A stretch of 64,000 bases of DNA from a virus (IMGVR_UViG_3300033074_000614:9679-73678), one strand, 5' to 3'. Shown: positions 48,594 to 58,408, counted from the stretch's first letter. Notes: a model not told the origin generated them from the letters alone. A program made the numbers and translations.

Positions 48594-49453
48594 TGGCGGG
48601 ACCGACTGTCATCATGGATGCCTTGACGCCCGCTCCGATTCTGGACAATGCGGGCGCGGCTCTCACGCCGATTGATTGGATTGTCGAGGGCGTTCCCGCT
48701 GGCGACGACCCGATGAAGGTACCGGGCGTGCCCATGCGTGGCAGTCCGATCACGATGTTTGGAACGGTGTTCACCTGTGACCGGCTCGACACGCCGACGC
48801 GCATTCGCGCGGATGCCTACCGCATTCGCAGCTATTTCTCGACCGATGGCCGGTGGGAAGTTCTCACGCCACCCCGTCGCGGCGAGGACGTTCGCAACTT
48901 TGAACTGGGCTATCGCAAGGTAAAGATCGAAGCACCTTCGTTTATCAAGACGACCGAGACTCGCACAGAACCGGGCGGGGAAGTCACGCACAAGGTATGG
49001 AAGCGGCAGGACATCCCGCGCACGCTCGAATGGCGCACGCTCTCAATCGACGTGACAATTGAAGTCGCAAACGATCAACAGATTTTGGCGGCGATTACGG
49101 CCACCGAATTACAGGAAGGCCACATCCATCGCTTTCCGTACAACCCAAACAAGTTGTGGCTCATGCTCACCTGTGGCATCAAGCGGCGCGGCGACAAGAT
49201 GGATATTCGGTATACGTGGGAGTCAGATCCCGGCAACGGGCCAATGGAAATTCCAGACCTGACCGGCGTTCTGTTCACCGACAAGATACAGCCGCCCGCG
49301 CGCTCTCCGTTTCACGTCTACACGGTCATGCCGCCCGAAGCTGGCGACGCTGACAAGAAGCCGCGAATCTGGACCGCGAACCTGTTCCCTCAAACCAACA
49401 ACCCGTTCTACACGCCAAACGGCTACGTCGGGCTACCGGGGAACCCAATCTAA
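48593..49453 (+). CDS. Putative distal tail/hub protein (B)
   Basis: Paralog of 11727. Confidence 0.5.
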   Translation: MAGPTVIMDALTPAPILDNAGAALTPIDWIVEGVPAGDDPMKVPGVPMRGSPITMFGTVFTCDRLDTPTRIRADAYRIRSYFSTDGRWEVLTPPRRGEDVRNFELGYRKVKIEAPSFIKTTETRTEPGGEVTHKVWKRQDIPRTLEWRTLSIDVTIEVANDQQILAAITATELQEGHIHRFPYNPNKLWLMLTCGIKRRGDKMDIRYTWESDPGNGPMEIPDLTGVLFTDKIQPPARSPFHVYTVMPPEAGDADKKPRIWTANLFPQTNNPFYTPNGYVGLPGNPI

Positions 49454-49767
49454 TGTCGAAGCAAGCCGACGAACTTGTGGTGAAGCAACCAGCCGACGCC
49501 GTGAAAGAGGCGCACGTTGTAAGCGTGCAGAACTCGCCGGGGCCGCTCACTGGTCTGCGGTGGAGTGTTCGCCTGACCTATTGGAGCGGGCACCAGCAAG
49601 TAGAAACCAACGTCAAAAACAGCCGCGTCTTTCCACCTGAATACTCCGACCTCGACATGCACGGCGACGGGCCGGGCGGACACGTTGCGATCGGCTACGC
49701 GGGCGATTCGCTTGTGTATTTCATCCAGTGCTACCCGGTGTTAACCGACTGCGAGGGCCAACCTTGA
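49453..49767 (+). CDS. Small tail-tip protein (B)
   Basis: Paralog of 12596. Confidence 0.6.
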   Translation: MSKQADELVVKQPADAVKEAHVVSVQNSPGPLTGLRWSVRLTYWSGHQQVETNVKNSRVFPPEYSDLDMHGDGPGGHVAIGYAGDSLVYFIQCYPVLTDCEGQP

Positions 49768-50075
49768 ACCTCCAAACCCAATACATCCTCTCGACAACTG
49801 CAGGCTTGTACGTCAAGTGGCGTGCGCCGAAGTCTGGCATGTGCCGGATACAGGTCCGCTCGCCGCACACCTGGCCTTCTCTGCTCGTGCTGGACGTGAA
49901 AACAAGTGTTGTCGGAATGGGACCGGCATATCCCGCAGGTTTCACCTCGCTGCAATTCTCGGCAGCCGGAATCTGCAATCCGTTTTACGTCCACGAGGGC
50001 ATGGAAATTTGGGTCTTAGTCAACACATTGAGCGGGACATCCGCAGACATTGAAACAACTCCGTCGATCGAATAA
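49764..50075 (+). CDS. Small tail-tip protein (B)
   Basis: TTG start; paralog of 12910. Confidence 0.6.
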   Translation: MNLQTQYILSTTAGLYVKWRAPKSGMCRIQVRSPHTWPSLLVLDVKTSVVGMGPAYPAGFTSLQFSAAGICNPFYVHEGMEIWVLVNTLSGTSADIETTPSIE

Positions 50076-50087
50076 GGAATCTGTGTC

Positions 50088-51308
50088 ATGGCAAATAAAT
50101 TCTACATCGGGGCGAATCCGGCCAACTTCTTAGACACCGTGAACTGGTCGCTCACTCACGGCGGCGCGGGCGGGCAAACACTCTCCAATGGAGACACCGC
50201 GTACGTCGATTACAGCGCGTCCAACATCGACGGCTATGACGCCTCGGCTGTCACGCTCGCGGCGTTGTATATCACCAAGGGCTACGGGCGTCCAGTCGGC
50301 AGCGCGAACCCAGTCTTCGGACTTCGCATCGGCGGAACCAGCGGCAGCGGCAGTACGCCACTCAAGATCAACGCCACAAACGTCTACATCGAAACCGACT
50401 GTATCGACACGATCATCCTGTACGGCACGTTCACCAACGTCTACGCGCGGCTGCTCGCTCCCGGCAGCAACCTTTATCTTCAGGGCGGCGGACCGACCAA
50501 CATCGAGGCTGGCACCAACGGCACGATCACGGTTGAGAACGATGTTCCGGTATCTCGCATCGAAACGCTTGGTGCGGCGATCAAACTTGGAACATACGCA
50601 ACCCTTCCACCCGTGCTTGAAGTCAACTGCTCAAAGGGCGCAAAGATCGAATCCAATCGCCGCGTTACTCACGGCGAGGTCAATGGACACCTCTGGATGC
50701 GCGAAGGCGGGGCACTCGCAAGCGTCAATCAGGTCGAAAAGATCGGCTTTGACGCGGCGTCAACGGGTGGCAACCTTCGCCTGACGATCCAGAAGCCTGA
50801 CGGGACGTTTGCGACTACCGCAAACATCGCGTGGAACGCCACCGACGCAACGTATTTGGCGGCGATTAACTCCGCGTTGGACACATCCAGCGGCGTTGTC
50901 GGCGGGATCGTGGCGACTGCCACGGCTGGCGTCGATCCTGATTTGGGATTTACCCTCACGTATTCGGGAACGGGCTACGCGGGCTTGTCTTGGTCCAAGG
51001 CGGCGGTTCACACCTACCCGACGACTTCGACGCTGGCGACTTACACGCCTGTCCGTGTGGCGGGTTCTCGGATCGTTATTCCAAGCGGCGGCGTTCTCCA
51101 GTACGACGGGTACAGCGACATTGGCGCAACTTCCGCTGACATCATCCGCACTATGAGCGGCGGATTGTTCGATGCCTCTCGCGTCATTACAGCCGTGGCG
51201 TTGAAATCCCAGATTATCTCGATGGGTGCTTACCGCCTATCAGGAAGCATTACGCAGACCACTACTCCGCGACAGCCAAGCGATGTTATGGGCGGCGTTG
51301 GTGCCTGA
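50088..51308 (+). CDS. Beta-solenoid-like tail protein carrying a decoration-protein domain (B)
   Basis: Paralog of 13232 with a ~113-aa insertion at ~50724-51060. Confidence 0.6.
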   Translation: MANKFYIGANPANFLDTVNWSLTHGGAGGQTLSNGDTAYVDYSASNIDGYDASAVTLAALYITKGYGRPVGSANPVFGLRIGGTSGSGSTPLKINATNVYIETDCIDTIILYGTFTNVYARLLAPGSNLYLQGGGPTNIEAGTNGTITVENDVPVSRIETLGAAIKLGTYATLPPVLEVNCSKGAKIESNRRVTHGEVNGHLWMREGGALASVNQVEKIGFDAASTGGNLRLTIQKPDGTFATTANIAWNATDATYLAAINSALDTSSGVVGGIVATATAGVDPDLGFTLTYSGTGYAGLSWSKAAVHTYPTTSTLATYTPVRVAGSRIVIPSGGVLQYDGYSDIGATSADIIRTMSGGLFDASRVITAVALKSQIISMGAYRLSGSITQTTTPRQPSDVMGGVGA

Positions 51309-52492
51309 TGTCACTTCTCCGCAAAGGTCGGGCACTGGTCAAGGTCGGGCGTGCGCTCGCCAAGGCCACCGCCGCGTGTATCGCGCGGTGTTGCGGCGCG
51401 TCCACCCTCTACTACACACTCAACCTCTGCCACACGGCAAACGCACCCCCCGAAGTCCCGCGCCGAATTGCAGTCCCCTTGCCGTTCACCTGCGGCGGAT
51501 GTCCCCTGTCATCGCGTCGAATCGTCATCTATCGCGGGTACTGCTACGAGGCCGCGCCCAACTTTGACGGCGCGTGTACCCCATTGCCATGCGCGGGCGG
51601 CGACTGCGAATCGCCCCCAGTGCCCCGTAGTGCCGTTGGGAACGATCCGATTGTGAACCCCGGCGAGTTGCAGTGCAAGCCGCTGGACGCCACCTGCTCG
51701 ACCGTGCCTTGCGTACCAGAGGAACCGGGGTGCTGCTCAGAGTCCGACCGGCGAGACTGCCCCGATGGCTCGTTCGTGGTCTGCAACCGGCCTAAGCGGT
51801 TCCGCGTGGTGCGCTTTGGCGAACACACCCTCAAGTCTTGGTGTTCCGACAGTCCAGCCGATTGCCGAACATGGGCGATGGTCGAGGACGTCAAGATCAA
51901 ATGGAACTTCTGGCACGAATACCAGTGCGAGGAAACGGGCGGGGATCGCACGCAAGCGACTTGCCAAGCGGCGGGCGGGTCTATCAGCGTGTCCGGCGCG
52001 ATCAACTGGATTCAGGGCAATGTTCCTTCCCCGCTCAATGGCGAGTGGCGCGCGACTTGCCAAGGGTTCGAGCGTGGCGGCGACGTTTCTAGTGCAAGTG
52101 TCCTGCTCTACGCAATGGGCCAAGTTCGACCCTGCGGCGGCGGGTATCTTGGCGATGAGTGTGTCACCGATGAGTTCGACAGTTGCGCGGATGGCAGGCG
52201 ATTCCATCGGCGGACAGTTTCAGGGTGTGAGACGGGCGGCTCGCTCAGCGAGTCCAGCTATTCCGATTGCAATTACGCAATGTCGCGGCTGAAGTACCGC
52301 ACGTTTGACTTTCCTACGCGATGCACCGGCCAGCCTACCACCGTTCAAGACTTCGCGGACGATGAGCAGTACGTATTCGTGACCGCCTGCCCCGGCGATC
52401 CGCCGCAAGCACCCTTACCGGATGAAGCGCGTGCGTTTATGCCGTTGCCGAAACGCACACCCCCCCCCCAATCGACGGGAGAAATGTTCTAG
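51308..52492 (+). CDS. Cys-rich tail-tip/receptor-binding candidate (B)
   Basis: About 29 Cys by eye; N-terminus LVKVG.ALAKATAACIARCC shared with 14101. Confidence 0.5.
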   Translation: MSLLRKGRALVKVGRALAKATAACIARCCGASTLYYTLNLCHTANAPPEVPRRIAVPLPFTCGGCPLSSRRIVIYRGYCYEAAPNFDGACTPLPCAGGDCESPPVPRSAVGNDPIVNPGELQCKPLDATCSTVPCVPEEPGCCSESDRRDCPDGSFVVCNRPKRFRVVRFGEHTLKSWCSDSPADCRTWAMVEDVKIKWNFWHEYQCEETGGDRTQATCQAAGGSISVSGAINWIQGNVPSPLNGEWRATCQGFERGGDVSSASVLLYAMGQVRPCGGGYLGDECVTDEFDSCADGRRFHRRTVSGCETGGSLSESSYSDCNYAMSRLKYRTFDFPTRCTGQPTTVQDFADDEQYVFVTACPGDPPQAPLPDEARAFMPLPKRTPPPQSTGEMF

Positions 52493-52876
52493 ATGGCGTG
52501 TGGCTGCAACAAATCGACGGTATCGCCTGACCTGTCAAAGGCCATTGCTTGCCATATGTGCATCTACGCCGAGCATGGGCCTAGTGCAATGAACGATGGC
52601 GCGGTGTCCTGCACAATTGACGGGAAGCCCGTATGCGGGCGCGTGGCGTGTCCCAAGGGAAAGTTTGGGGCCAACGGCCTGATTAAGTCGCTCGGCGTGT
52701 GGCACTACGGCGCGGCGTACTGGCAGCGTGTTATCGTGTGGGCGTTGAAGCGGACGCATCCAAAACCGGGAGCATTTCCGTTTTGCGGGTGCGTCAAGGT
52801 TCTGCGCGATTGGTGGGACTCAACTAAAACCCAATCTGTGAACGCAACCACCGCCAATACCACGCCCCAACTGTAA
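52493..52876 (+). CDS. Small Cys-rich protein (B)
   Basis: Paralog of 15398. Confidence 0.6.
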   Translation: MACGCNKSTVSPDLSKAIACHMCIYAEHGPSAMNDGAVSCTIDGKPVCGRVACPKGKFGANGLIKSLGVWHYGAAYWQRVIVWALKRTHPKPGAFPFCGCVKVLRDWWDSTKTQSVNATTANTTPQL

Positions 52877-52906
52877 TCTCAAAACTCACGTCCCCTTCAA
52901 TAGCCC

Positions 52907-53740
52907 ATGAAATATGCACCCACCTTGCGCGGCTTTGTCGTAGGCGTTGCCCTGTTCTGCATGGTGGGTGTGACGTGGGGCTGCTTTGGCAGGCCCGACA
53001 TTGGCCGCATCCGCATCGACCCCGAAACCGGCAGCGAACTGGTCGAGAACTTCAAAGATAAGCCGTTCAGCGTTAAAGAGTTGGTCGATGCTGGAATGTC
53101 AGAGGATGCCGCTCGCAAGTTGCTTGGGCCTCCAAAACCCGGCTCGCCCGACTTCGTTGGTCCAATCGACCCGTCCACCGACCCCACCTTCAAAGAGGGC
53201 AAGGCGGCGGCAAAGCAGGACTTCAACCGCACGGTCTCTTGGGCAACCTCAATCGCCCTCTGGATTTTCATCCCCCTAGCGATCATCGTCGCGCTCGCCT
53301 CGTTCGTGGTGCCGTGGATTCCAACCAAAGCGGCGATCTATTGCGCGGCGTCAGCGTGTGCCGTGGTGGGCATCCGCTATGCACTCTTGACGTTTGGCAC
53401 CATTGCGGTCGATTGGGCGGTGTATATCAGCGCGGCTTCTGCGATCGTCGTGGTGCTTGTGGTTGGCCTGCCGATGGCGATTGCTTGGGTGAAGCGGAAT
53501 ACGTGGAAGCGTGCTGTCACTCTCGCGGCGGAAGGCGAACACATCGACGGCGCGGTTGCGCTCGCGGCATCGGTGGACCCTGTCATTGACAAGCAAAGGT
53601 CGGACGTAAAGGTCTGGCTCGACACGGTTCACAATGAACCACCCGCCGATCTTCCCCTGAACGACAAACTGTGGGACAAGTGGCGAGAGGCCCGCATGCA
53701 GCTTGTGAAGCTCGGCGTGCTGAAACCGGGGGATAAATGA
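52907..53740 (+). CDS. Membrane protein with lipoprotein-like signal and three TM helices
   Basis: Hydrophobic N-terminus ending TWG-C; three later hydrophobic segments. Confidence 0.65.
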   Translation: MKYAPTLRGFVVGVALFCMVGVTWGCFGRPDIGRIRIDPETGSELVENFKDKPFSVKELVDAGMSEDAARKLLGPPKPGSPDFVGPIDPSTDPTFKEGKAAAKQDFNRTVSWATSIALWIFIPLAIIVALASFVVPWIPTKAAIYCAASACAVVGIRYALLTFGTIAVDWAVYISAASAIVVVLVVGLPMAIAWVKRNTWKRAVTLAAEGEHIDGAVALAASVDPVIDKQRSDVKVWLDTVHNEPPADLPLNDKLWDKWREARMQLVKLGVLKPGDK

Positions 53741-54369
53741 GCACTTGGTCAGTCACACAAGGCGATTGCCTCGAACTGCTGAAGTCGCTCCCTAGTGGCA
53801 GCGTGGATGCGGTGGTTACTGATCCGCCGTATGGGATTGGTTACGTGGCGTCTCGGTATCGTGGGGCCAAGTTCAGCGGCGTTATTCATGGCGACGACAG
53901 CCCATTCGATCCTTCGGCTCTGTTAAGCATCGGCGTTCCGACAATCATGTGGGGTGGGAACAACTTTGCAAACTCGCTTCCTCGCGGTGGGTGGCTCTGT
54001 TGGGATAAACGGTGCTGCGAGGAAGCGGATCGGATTCACGGAAGTCCATTTGAATTAGCGTGGGTTTCAGACTGCGCCAAGTTCAAGATGAAACGTCTAC
54101 AGCATTGCGGCGCGGTAAGCGCAGACAGAACCGCTCGCGTACACCCAACCCAAAAACCCATTGAACTTATGCGGTGGTGTTTGGATTTGCTTGGCATACC
54201 AGAAGGCGCAACCGTTCTCGATCCGTATTGCGGCTCAGGCACCACCGGAGTCGCGTGCGTTCAAACAGGCCGCAACTTCATCGGCTACGAAATCGACCCG
54301 AAGTACTGCGAGATTGCACGGCGGAGGATTGAGGCAGCGGTTCCACTATTCGCGGAGGTTGCACAATGA
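53737..54369 (+). CDS. DNA methyltransferase (DPPY, N6-A type)
   Basis: VTDPPYG, HPTQKP, VLDPYCGSGTT. Confidence 0.93.
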   Translation: MSTWSVTQGDCLELLKSLPSGSVDAVVTDPPYGIGYVASRYRGAKFSGVIHGDDSPFDPSALLSIGVPTIMWGGNNFANSLPRGGWLCWDKRCCEEADRIHGSPFELAWVSDCAKFKMKRLQHCGAVSADRTARVHPTQKPIELMRWCLDLLGIPEGATVLDPYCGSGTTGVACVQTGRNFIGYEIDPKYCEIARRRIEAAVPLFAEVAQ

Positions 54370-55286
54370 CCCAAACCCCCCGCCCACCGCGCATCAAACC
54401 ACCGACCACTCCGCGTCAAACGCCCAACGTGAGTTTCGGCGCGAGGCCAGGAGCGGTGTCGAGTCGCCCGCCTACAACCGGCAACTACATCATGTTTTCG
54501 GGCACAACTACCGACCGAAAAACAAAGTGTCTAGACGCGCCGCTTCTCCAGCACGGTTTGCTTGAATACGTGCGGACCATCGTGATTCCGCGAGCGGTGC
54601 CCAAGCGTTCCGCACATTCAATCTGGAAGCTCCCTCATGGCCATAGCTGCTCACCTAAAGGCGCGATGGAGTGGGACGCGAGGCGGCGTCTGCGAAGCAT
54701 CATGCCTGCCCGCAAAGACCTGTGGGGCGTGGCGGACTTCAAGAACGCGGTTGCCGAATACGAGGCCGCTGTCGGACACAAGCCCGCGATCTATGTAGGC
54801 GCGTTGGACATTGACGGCAGGCTCTACGAAATTGAGGCTAAGAGCGGGTTCGAGGAGGTCAAGAAGGCTGTAATGGCCGAGCTTGGCATGTATACCCGCC
54901 TTGGTTGCCCGCTGATCTTCGACGCCGTGGGCGATCTGCCAAACACCAGCGTCGGCGTACGCATAGTCAAGTGGCTGGTCGAAAGCGATCAGGTGCCGTG
55001 GGTTGGCGTAGAGCCAAAGATTTGCCCCGGTTCCGATCTGTTGCTATTGGGCGACAAGGTGAAATGCTTTCTCATCGCGCGTACGTGGCTCAGACAGGGC
55101 GGCGCACCGGCCCCAGTGTGGAACGCTGTAAGCGATGAGGCGTTGTCTCAGGCTGGCGTCGAGCTTGTCATCTTGGACGAGGGCACAACAGCCGAGGAGC
55201 GGGTAAGCATTCTCAACGCGACACACACGATCATGCGCGGACTGGGCGATACGTGGGTGAACGCTGAGCCTGTGGGGGACGCATGA
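54366..55286 (+). CDS. Hypothetical protein (306 aa)
   Basis: Pro-rich N-terminus, then an alpha/beta pattern; no family assigned. Confidence 0.6.
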   Translation: MTQTPRPPRIKPPTTPRQTPNVSFGARPGAVSSRPPTTGNYIMFSGTTTDRKTKCLDAPLLQHGLLEYVRTIVIPRAVPKRSAHSIWKLPHGHSCSPKGAMEWDARRRLRSIMPARKDLWGVADFKNAVAEYEAAVGHKPAIYVGALDIDGRLYEIEAKSGFEEVKKAVMAELGMYTRLGCPLIFDAVGDLPNTSVGVRIVKWLVESDQVPWVGVEPKICPGSDLLLLGDKVKCFLIARTWLRQGGAPAPVWNAVSDEALSQAGVELVILDEGTTAEERVSILNATHTIMRGLGDTWVNAEPVGDA

Positions 55287-55558
55287 ACGAGCCGCGCCTA
55301 ATCGCCCGAAACTTCGTCGGTGGTCCGTGGGATGGGCACATTGACGCGTTGCTTGAACACGACCAATACCTCCGCGCGACCGACCTCGTATTCTCGAAGG
55401 TGTTGCTCAATATCGGTGGGCAACCAAAGACGATAGACGTCGCATCGCCAATTCACTTTATTTACGAACTCGACAGCGACGGTGACATGGTGTGTTTAGT
55501 CGCGGGGACGCGGCTTGAATGTGAAACCGCAATGGCGCGAAAGTTGGCGGAGGAATAA
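55283..55558 (+). CDS. Small GGPxDG-motif protein
   Basis: FVGGPWDG; paralog motif FSGGPLDG at 57106. Confidence 0.6.
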   Translation: MNEPRLIARNFVGGPWDGHIDALLEHDQYLRATDLVFSKVLLNIGGQPKTIDVASPIHFIYELDSDGDMVCLVAGTRLECETAMARKLAEE

Positions 55559-55568
55559 AGGTTTTTCT

Positions 55569-55910
55569 ATGAGCGAAATCACACAACTACGCGAGCACTT
55601 CGACATGCGATGCAATTCGCAGGACGCGAAACTTGACAACCTCCTGCTCGCCATTCGCGGCAATGGCATGGACGGACCTACCAAAGTTACGGGCCTTGTG
55701 GCGAGAACAGACAAGCACGACCACGACATAAACAACTTGAAGCAAGTGGTCCCGGCACTTGGGCAGCGGATGGATGTTGTGGAAGATCGCACGAAAATCC
55801 TATGGACAGCCCACAAGGAACGCAGGAAACTAACGTGGATTGTGTTCAGTAGCGCGGTGGCATCAATATGTGCGGCGTTCTGGGCGTGGGCGACAAAGGG
55901 CCATCTTTGA
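55569..55910 (+). CDS. Coiled-coil plus C-terminal TM protein (XhlA/holin-like candidate)
   Basis: IRGNG...GLVAR...; terminal hydrophobic helix. Confidence 0.5.
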   Translation: MSEITQLREHFDMRCNSQDAKLDNLLLAIRGNGMDGPTKVTGLVARTDKHDHDINNLKQVVPALGQRMDVVEDRTKILWTAHKERRKLTWIVFSSAVASICAAFWAWATKGHL

Positions 55911-56038
55911 AACTCCGCCGCTTCGCAATTCCCGCACTCGCCTTCCTCGCCGGCTTCGCGCTCGCGTTCGTCCTCGTCATCCACTATCGCGGCACGTCCG
56001 AGCGGGTCTGGCGTGCGATTACAGAGGACCATCCTTGA
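55907..56038 (+). CDS. 43-aa single-TM peptide (not in the ORF track)
   Basis: MKLRRFAIPALAFLAGFALAFVLVIHY...; TTGA overlaps at both ends. Confidence 0.55.
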   Translation: MKLRRFAIPALAFLAGFALAFVLVIHYRGTSERVWRAITEDHP

Positions 56039-57090
56039 AAGCCGCAACCGACATCCTCATCGGCGACAGGCCCTACCCGGCGAGCCTGCTCATGTCGCAG
56101 ACTTCGCCCACATCGGTAGGCGCGGATCAAACGCCGTGGGACATTGGCTATTCGTCCACGGTCCTTGCAACAAGCTCGGCCGCCTACAGCATCGGCGGGT
56201 TTGCCAATCCCTTCCCCGGTCGCTCATTCAAGATCCACAACAGCGGCTCGTACGTCCTTCGCATCAAGCACCAAGACGCATCGACTACGGCGGCGTGCCG
56301 GACGATCTGCCCATATGGGTTAGACTGGCCGCTTGCGCCGGGCATGACCTTTGAGTTCTGGTACGACGCCACCGCCCAACGCTATCGGCTTGTCAACGGT
56401 TGGGACCGGGTACTCAAAGACCCGCAGTACGGCATGGAGTTCCTTGACGACTTCATTACCGGCTCAACAGCCGTTACAACATCGGGCATCGTCAATTGGG
56501 GTGCGACTGTCAGCGGCGCGTCAGCGTCGATTCAAGGGAACCAGAACGGCAACAACAACGGCTACGGGTTTGCCAAACTGAACTGCCAGACAGTTGCCCA
56601 CTACTCGCGTCTCACCTCGCCGTTCATCACGCGCATCCGGCACGGCTTCATGTTCGAGACTCAATTGCGGGTTGAGACGCTATCCACGGTGGCAGAACGG
56701 GCGAACTACCTTGTGGGCATGGCGACACCAGCGGCGACGACGTTGACCCCCGCCGATGGCATCTTCTTCTTCTACGACAAGAACGTCAGCGACAACATCC
56801 AATGCGGCACGATGGCTTCAAGCTCGCCAACAACGGTTGATTCGCTGGTCCCGGTCACAACCTCGCACCAAGTTCTGCGCTGGGTGCTGAACTCAGCCCA
56901 CAGCAGCGTCGATTTCTTCATCGGCGACATGGCGACACCTGTGGCGACGATCACCGGCACGATACCAACGGCGGCGACGGCGTTGCACCCGTTCGCGCTG
57001 TATCTCAAGGCTCTCGGATCAGCCACGTTCAACAGCATCTATCTCGACAGTTGGCACATGCTCAGGGTTGATTACGCGGCGAGATATTGA
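56035..57090 (+). CDS. Putative tail fibre/receptor-binding protein with lectin-like C-terminus
   Basis: GR.F.IHNSGS...WYD....RYR motif, then EFLDDF and a beta-sandwich ending V.FFI....VATITGTIPT; TTG start after GAGG. Confidence 0.55.
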   Translation: MKAATDILIGDRPYPASLLMSQTSPTSVGADQTPWDIGYSSTVLATSSAAYSIGGFANPFPGRSFKIHNSGSYVLRIKHQDASTTAACRTICPYGLDWPLAPGMTFEFWYDATAQRYRLVNGWDRVLKDPQYGMEFLDDFITGSTAVTTSGIVNWGATVSGASASIQGNQNGNNNGYGFAKLNCQTVAHYSRLTSPFITRIRHGFMFETQLRVETLSTVAERANYLVGMATPAATTLTPADGIFFFYDKNVSDNIQCGTMASSSPTTVDSLVPVTTSHQVLRWVLNSAHSSVDFFIGDMATPVATITGTIPTAATALHPFALYLKALGSATFNSIYLDSWHMLRVDYAARY

Positions 57091-57105
57091 GTGGTATGAT
57101 CTGGC

Positions 57106-57423
57106 ATGAGGATCACTCCCGGCAACCTTGACGCATTCATTGAGTCGGTGCGAAACTCTGAGCCAATTCGATTCAGCGGCGGGCCTCTAGACGGCCATGC
57201 GGTTCCGGCCAGTTTGGATATTGGAAAACAGTACATGCACCTGTTCATTGAACCCGCGAATCGGGAGCTTTTCCATCGTGGCACAAAGCACACGATCCGC
57301 GATGACCGAACAATGCTGGCGATATACGAGAGGACCGAAGACGGTGCGCCTCTGATTCTGCTTGGCTTGTCCAGTGACTGCAAAAAGGTGGCAGAGTCGC
57401 TTGAAGCTTCCGGGGGGATTTAA
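57106..57423 (+). CDS. Small GGPxDG-motif protein
   Basis: FSGGPLDG. Confidence 0.6.
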   Translation: MRITPGNLDAFIESVRNSEPIRFSGGPLDGHAVPASLDIGKQYMHLFIEPANRELFHRGTKHTIRDDRTMLAIYERTEDGAPLILLGLSSDCKKVAESLEASGGI

Positions 57424-57821
57424 TGGAACGCCGCTCATTCCTCAAAGTAATCGGTGCCGCAATCGGCTCGCTGTTCATTGGGATTCGCGCGAAGGCACGC
57501 GAGCCAAAGGTCTGCGAGTTCAAAGCAGTTCCGGGCGTGAATCCAAACGACTGGTACGATCCTCGCAACTGGGCGACAACGGGCGGGCACGTTCCGCAGG
57601 CTGGTGACACGGTGGTAATCAATCATGGCGCGGTGTGTTGGGAAAGTGCGAGAATGCACACCGACTTTGAGGGGAACATAATCACCGAAGTCAGCAACGA
57701 TGGCGAGCACTGGACTCGCGTGAACAATCTGACGGAAATGAAGATTCTGCCAGGCTTCACCGTCCCCGCCGAACACCGCCACCAACTCGACGGGCAAGTC
57801 GTTCCTTGGAGCAACGTATGA
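57423..57821 (+). CDS. Tat-signal secreted protein
   Basis: MERRSFLKVIGAAIGSLFIGIRAKA. Confidence 0.75.
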   Translation: MERRSFLKVIGAAIGSLFIGIRAKAREPKVCEFKAVPGVNPNDWYDPRNWATTGGHVPQAGDTVVINHGAVCWESARMHTDFEGNIITEVSNDGEHWTRVNNLTEMKILPGFTVPAEHRHQLDGQVVPWSNV

Positions 57822-57844
57822 CCCACCGCCAACGAATCACCGGC

Positions 57845-58084
57845 TCATGAAACGGGCGGCGGGTCGATAGGCTTTTCATCCACCGGCTTAGGCGGCATCG
57901 GCCCCAAGAACCCCATCTGCTCGCACACGCCGCGAACCAGTTCCTCCGCGAAATCTGGATTCTGCAAATCCGCCAACAGCAGGGGGTCCGGCGTTTCGCC
58001 CGGTGCCAAATTCTGCAACTTGTCCAGCTTCGCCAGAGTTTCCGCGACTTCCGGCTGACTCATCGGTTTCACTTTTTTCGCCAT
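57845..58084 (-). CDS. Leaderless hypothetical protein with its own promoter
   Basis: Minus strand TTGCAC-N18-TACATT, then 6 nt to the ATG. Confidence 0.6.
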   Translation of the reverse strand: MAKKVKPMSQPEVAETLAKLDKLQNLAPGETPDPLLLADLQNPDFAEELVRGVCEQMGFLGPMPPKPVDEKPIDPPPVS

Positions 58085-58204
58085 GCGGGTAATGTAGCGA
58101 GTTTTTGGCGGGGCGTGCAAGGCGATTTGCGGGCCGATAACATATCGTTGGGCGTGAACGAACTCCTCCTACCCATCACCCTCGCTCTCGGGACTTGGCT
58201 GGCT

Positions 58205-58221
58205 GTCAGGATTTGGCCGGA
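58205..58221. repeat. 17-bp direct repeat copy 1 (copy 2 at 58408..58424)
   Basis: GTCAGGATTTGGCCGGA, exact, 203 bp apart. Confidence 0.9.
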
Positions 58222-58250
58222 CAAAAGAAAAACCCCGGTTTGATCCGGGG
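58221..58250 (-). terminator. Rho-independent terminator
   Basis: Minus strand ACCCCGG-ATCAAA-CCGGGGT-TTTCTTTTGT. Confidence 0.85.
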
Positions 58251-58284
58251 TCTTCCGCGTTCAATCCGAACGGCGTCTCAACAA

Positions 58285-58345
58285 TAGCGTGGGCTTGGAC
58301 TCGAACCAAGCGACTGCCCGCCCTCTGCCACTGAGTTACCACGCA
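58285..58345 (-). ncRNA. tRNA-like RNA lacking an anticodon arm
   Basis: GCGTGG/CCACGC acceptor; TA-ACTC-AGTGGCA-GAG D arm; GCTTGG-TTCGAGT-CCAAGC T arm; only ~11 nt between D and T arms; no CCA. Confidence 0.7.
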
Positions 58346-58397
58346 TGGTGGTGAGCATAGGGGGCATTGCTGCAATTCCTACCCCACCGTGAGCCAC

Positions 58398-58406
58398 ATT
58401 ATACCA
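58398..58406 (-). promoter_or_regulatory. Extended -10 promoter for the tRNA-like RNA
   Basis: Minus strand TG-G-TATAAT. Confidence 0.7.
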
Positions 58407-58408
58407 CG

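Noticed and set aside
58285-58345. attP core copied from a host tRNA 3' end
   Set aside because: It includes 5' acceptor and D arm plus its own promoter and lies ~1.7 kb from int. Not excluded, but unsupported without a host sequence.
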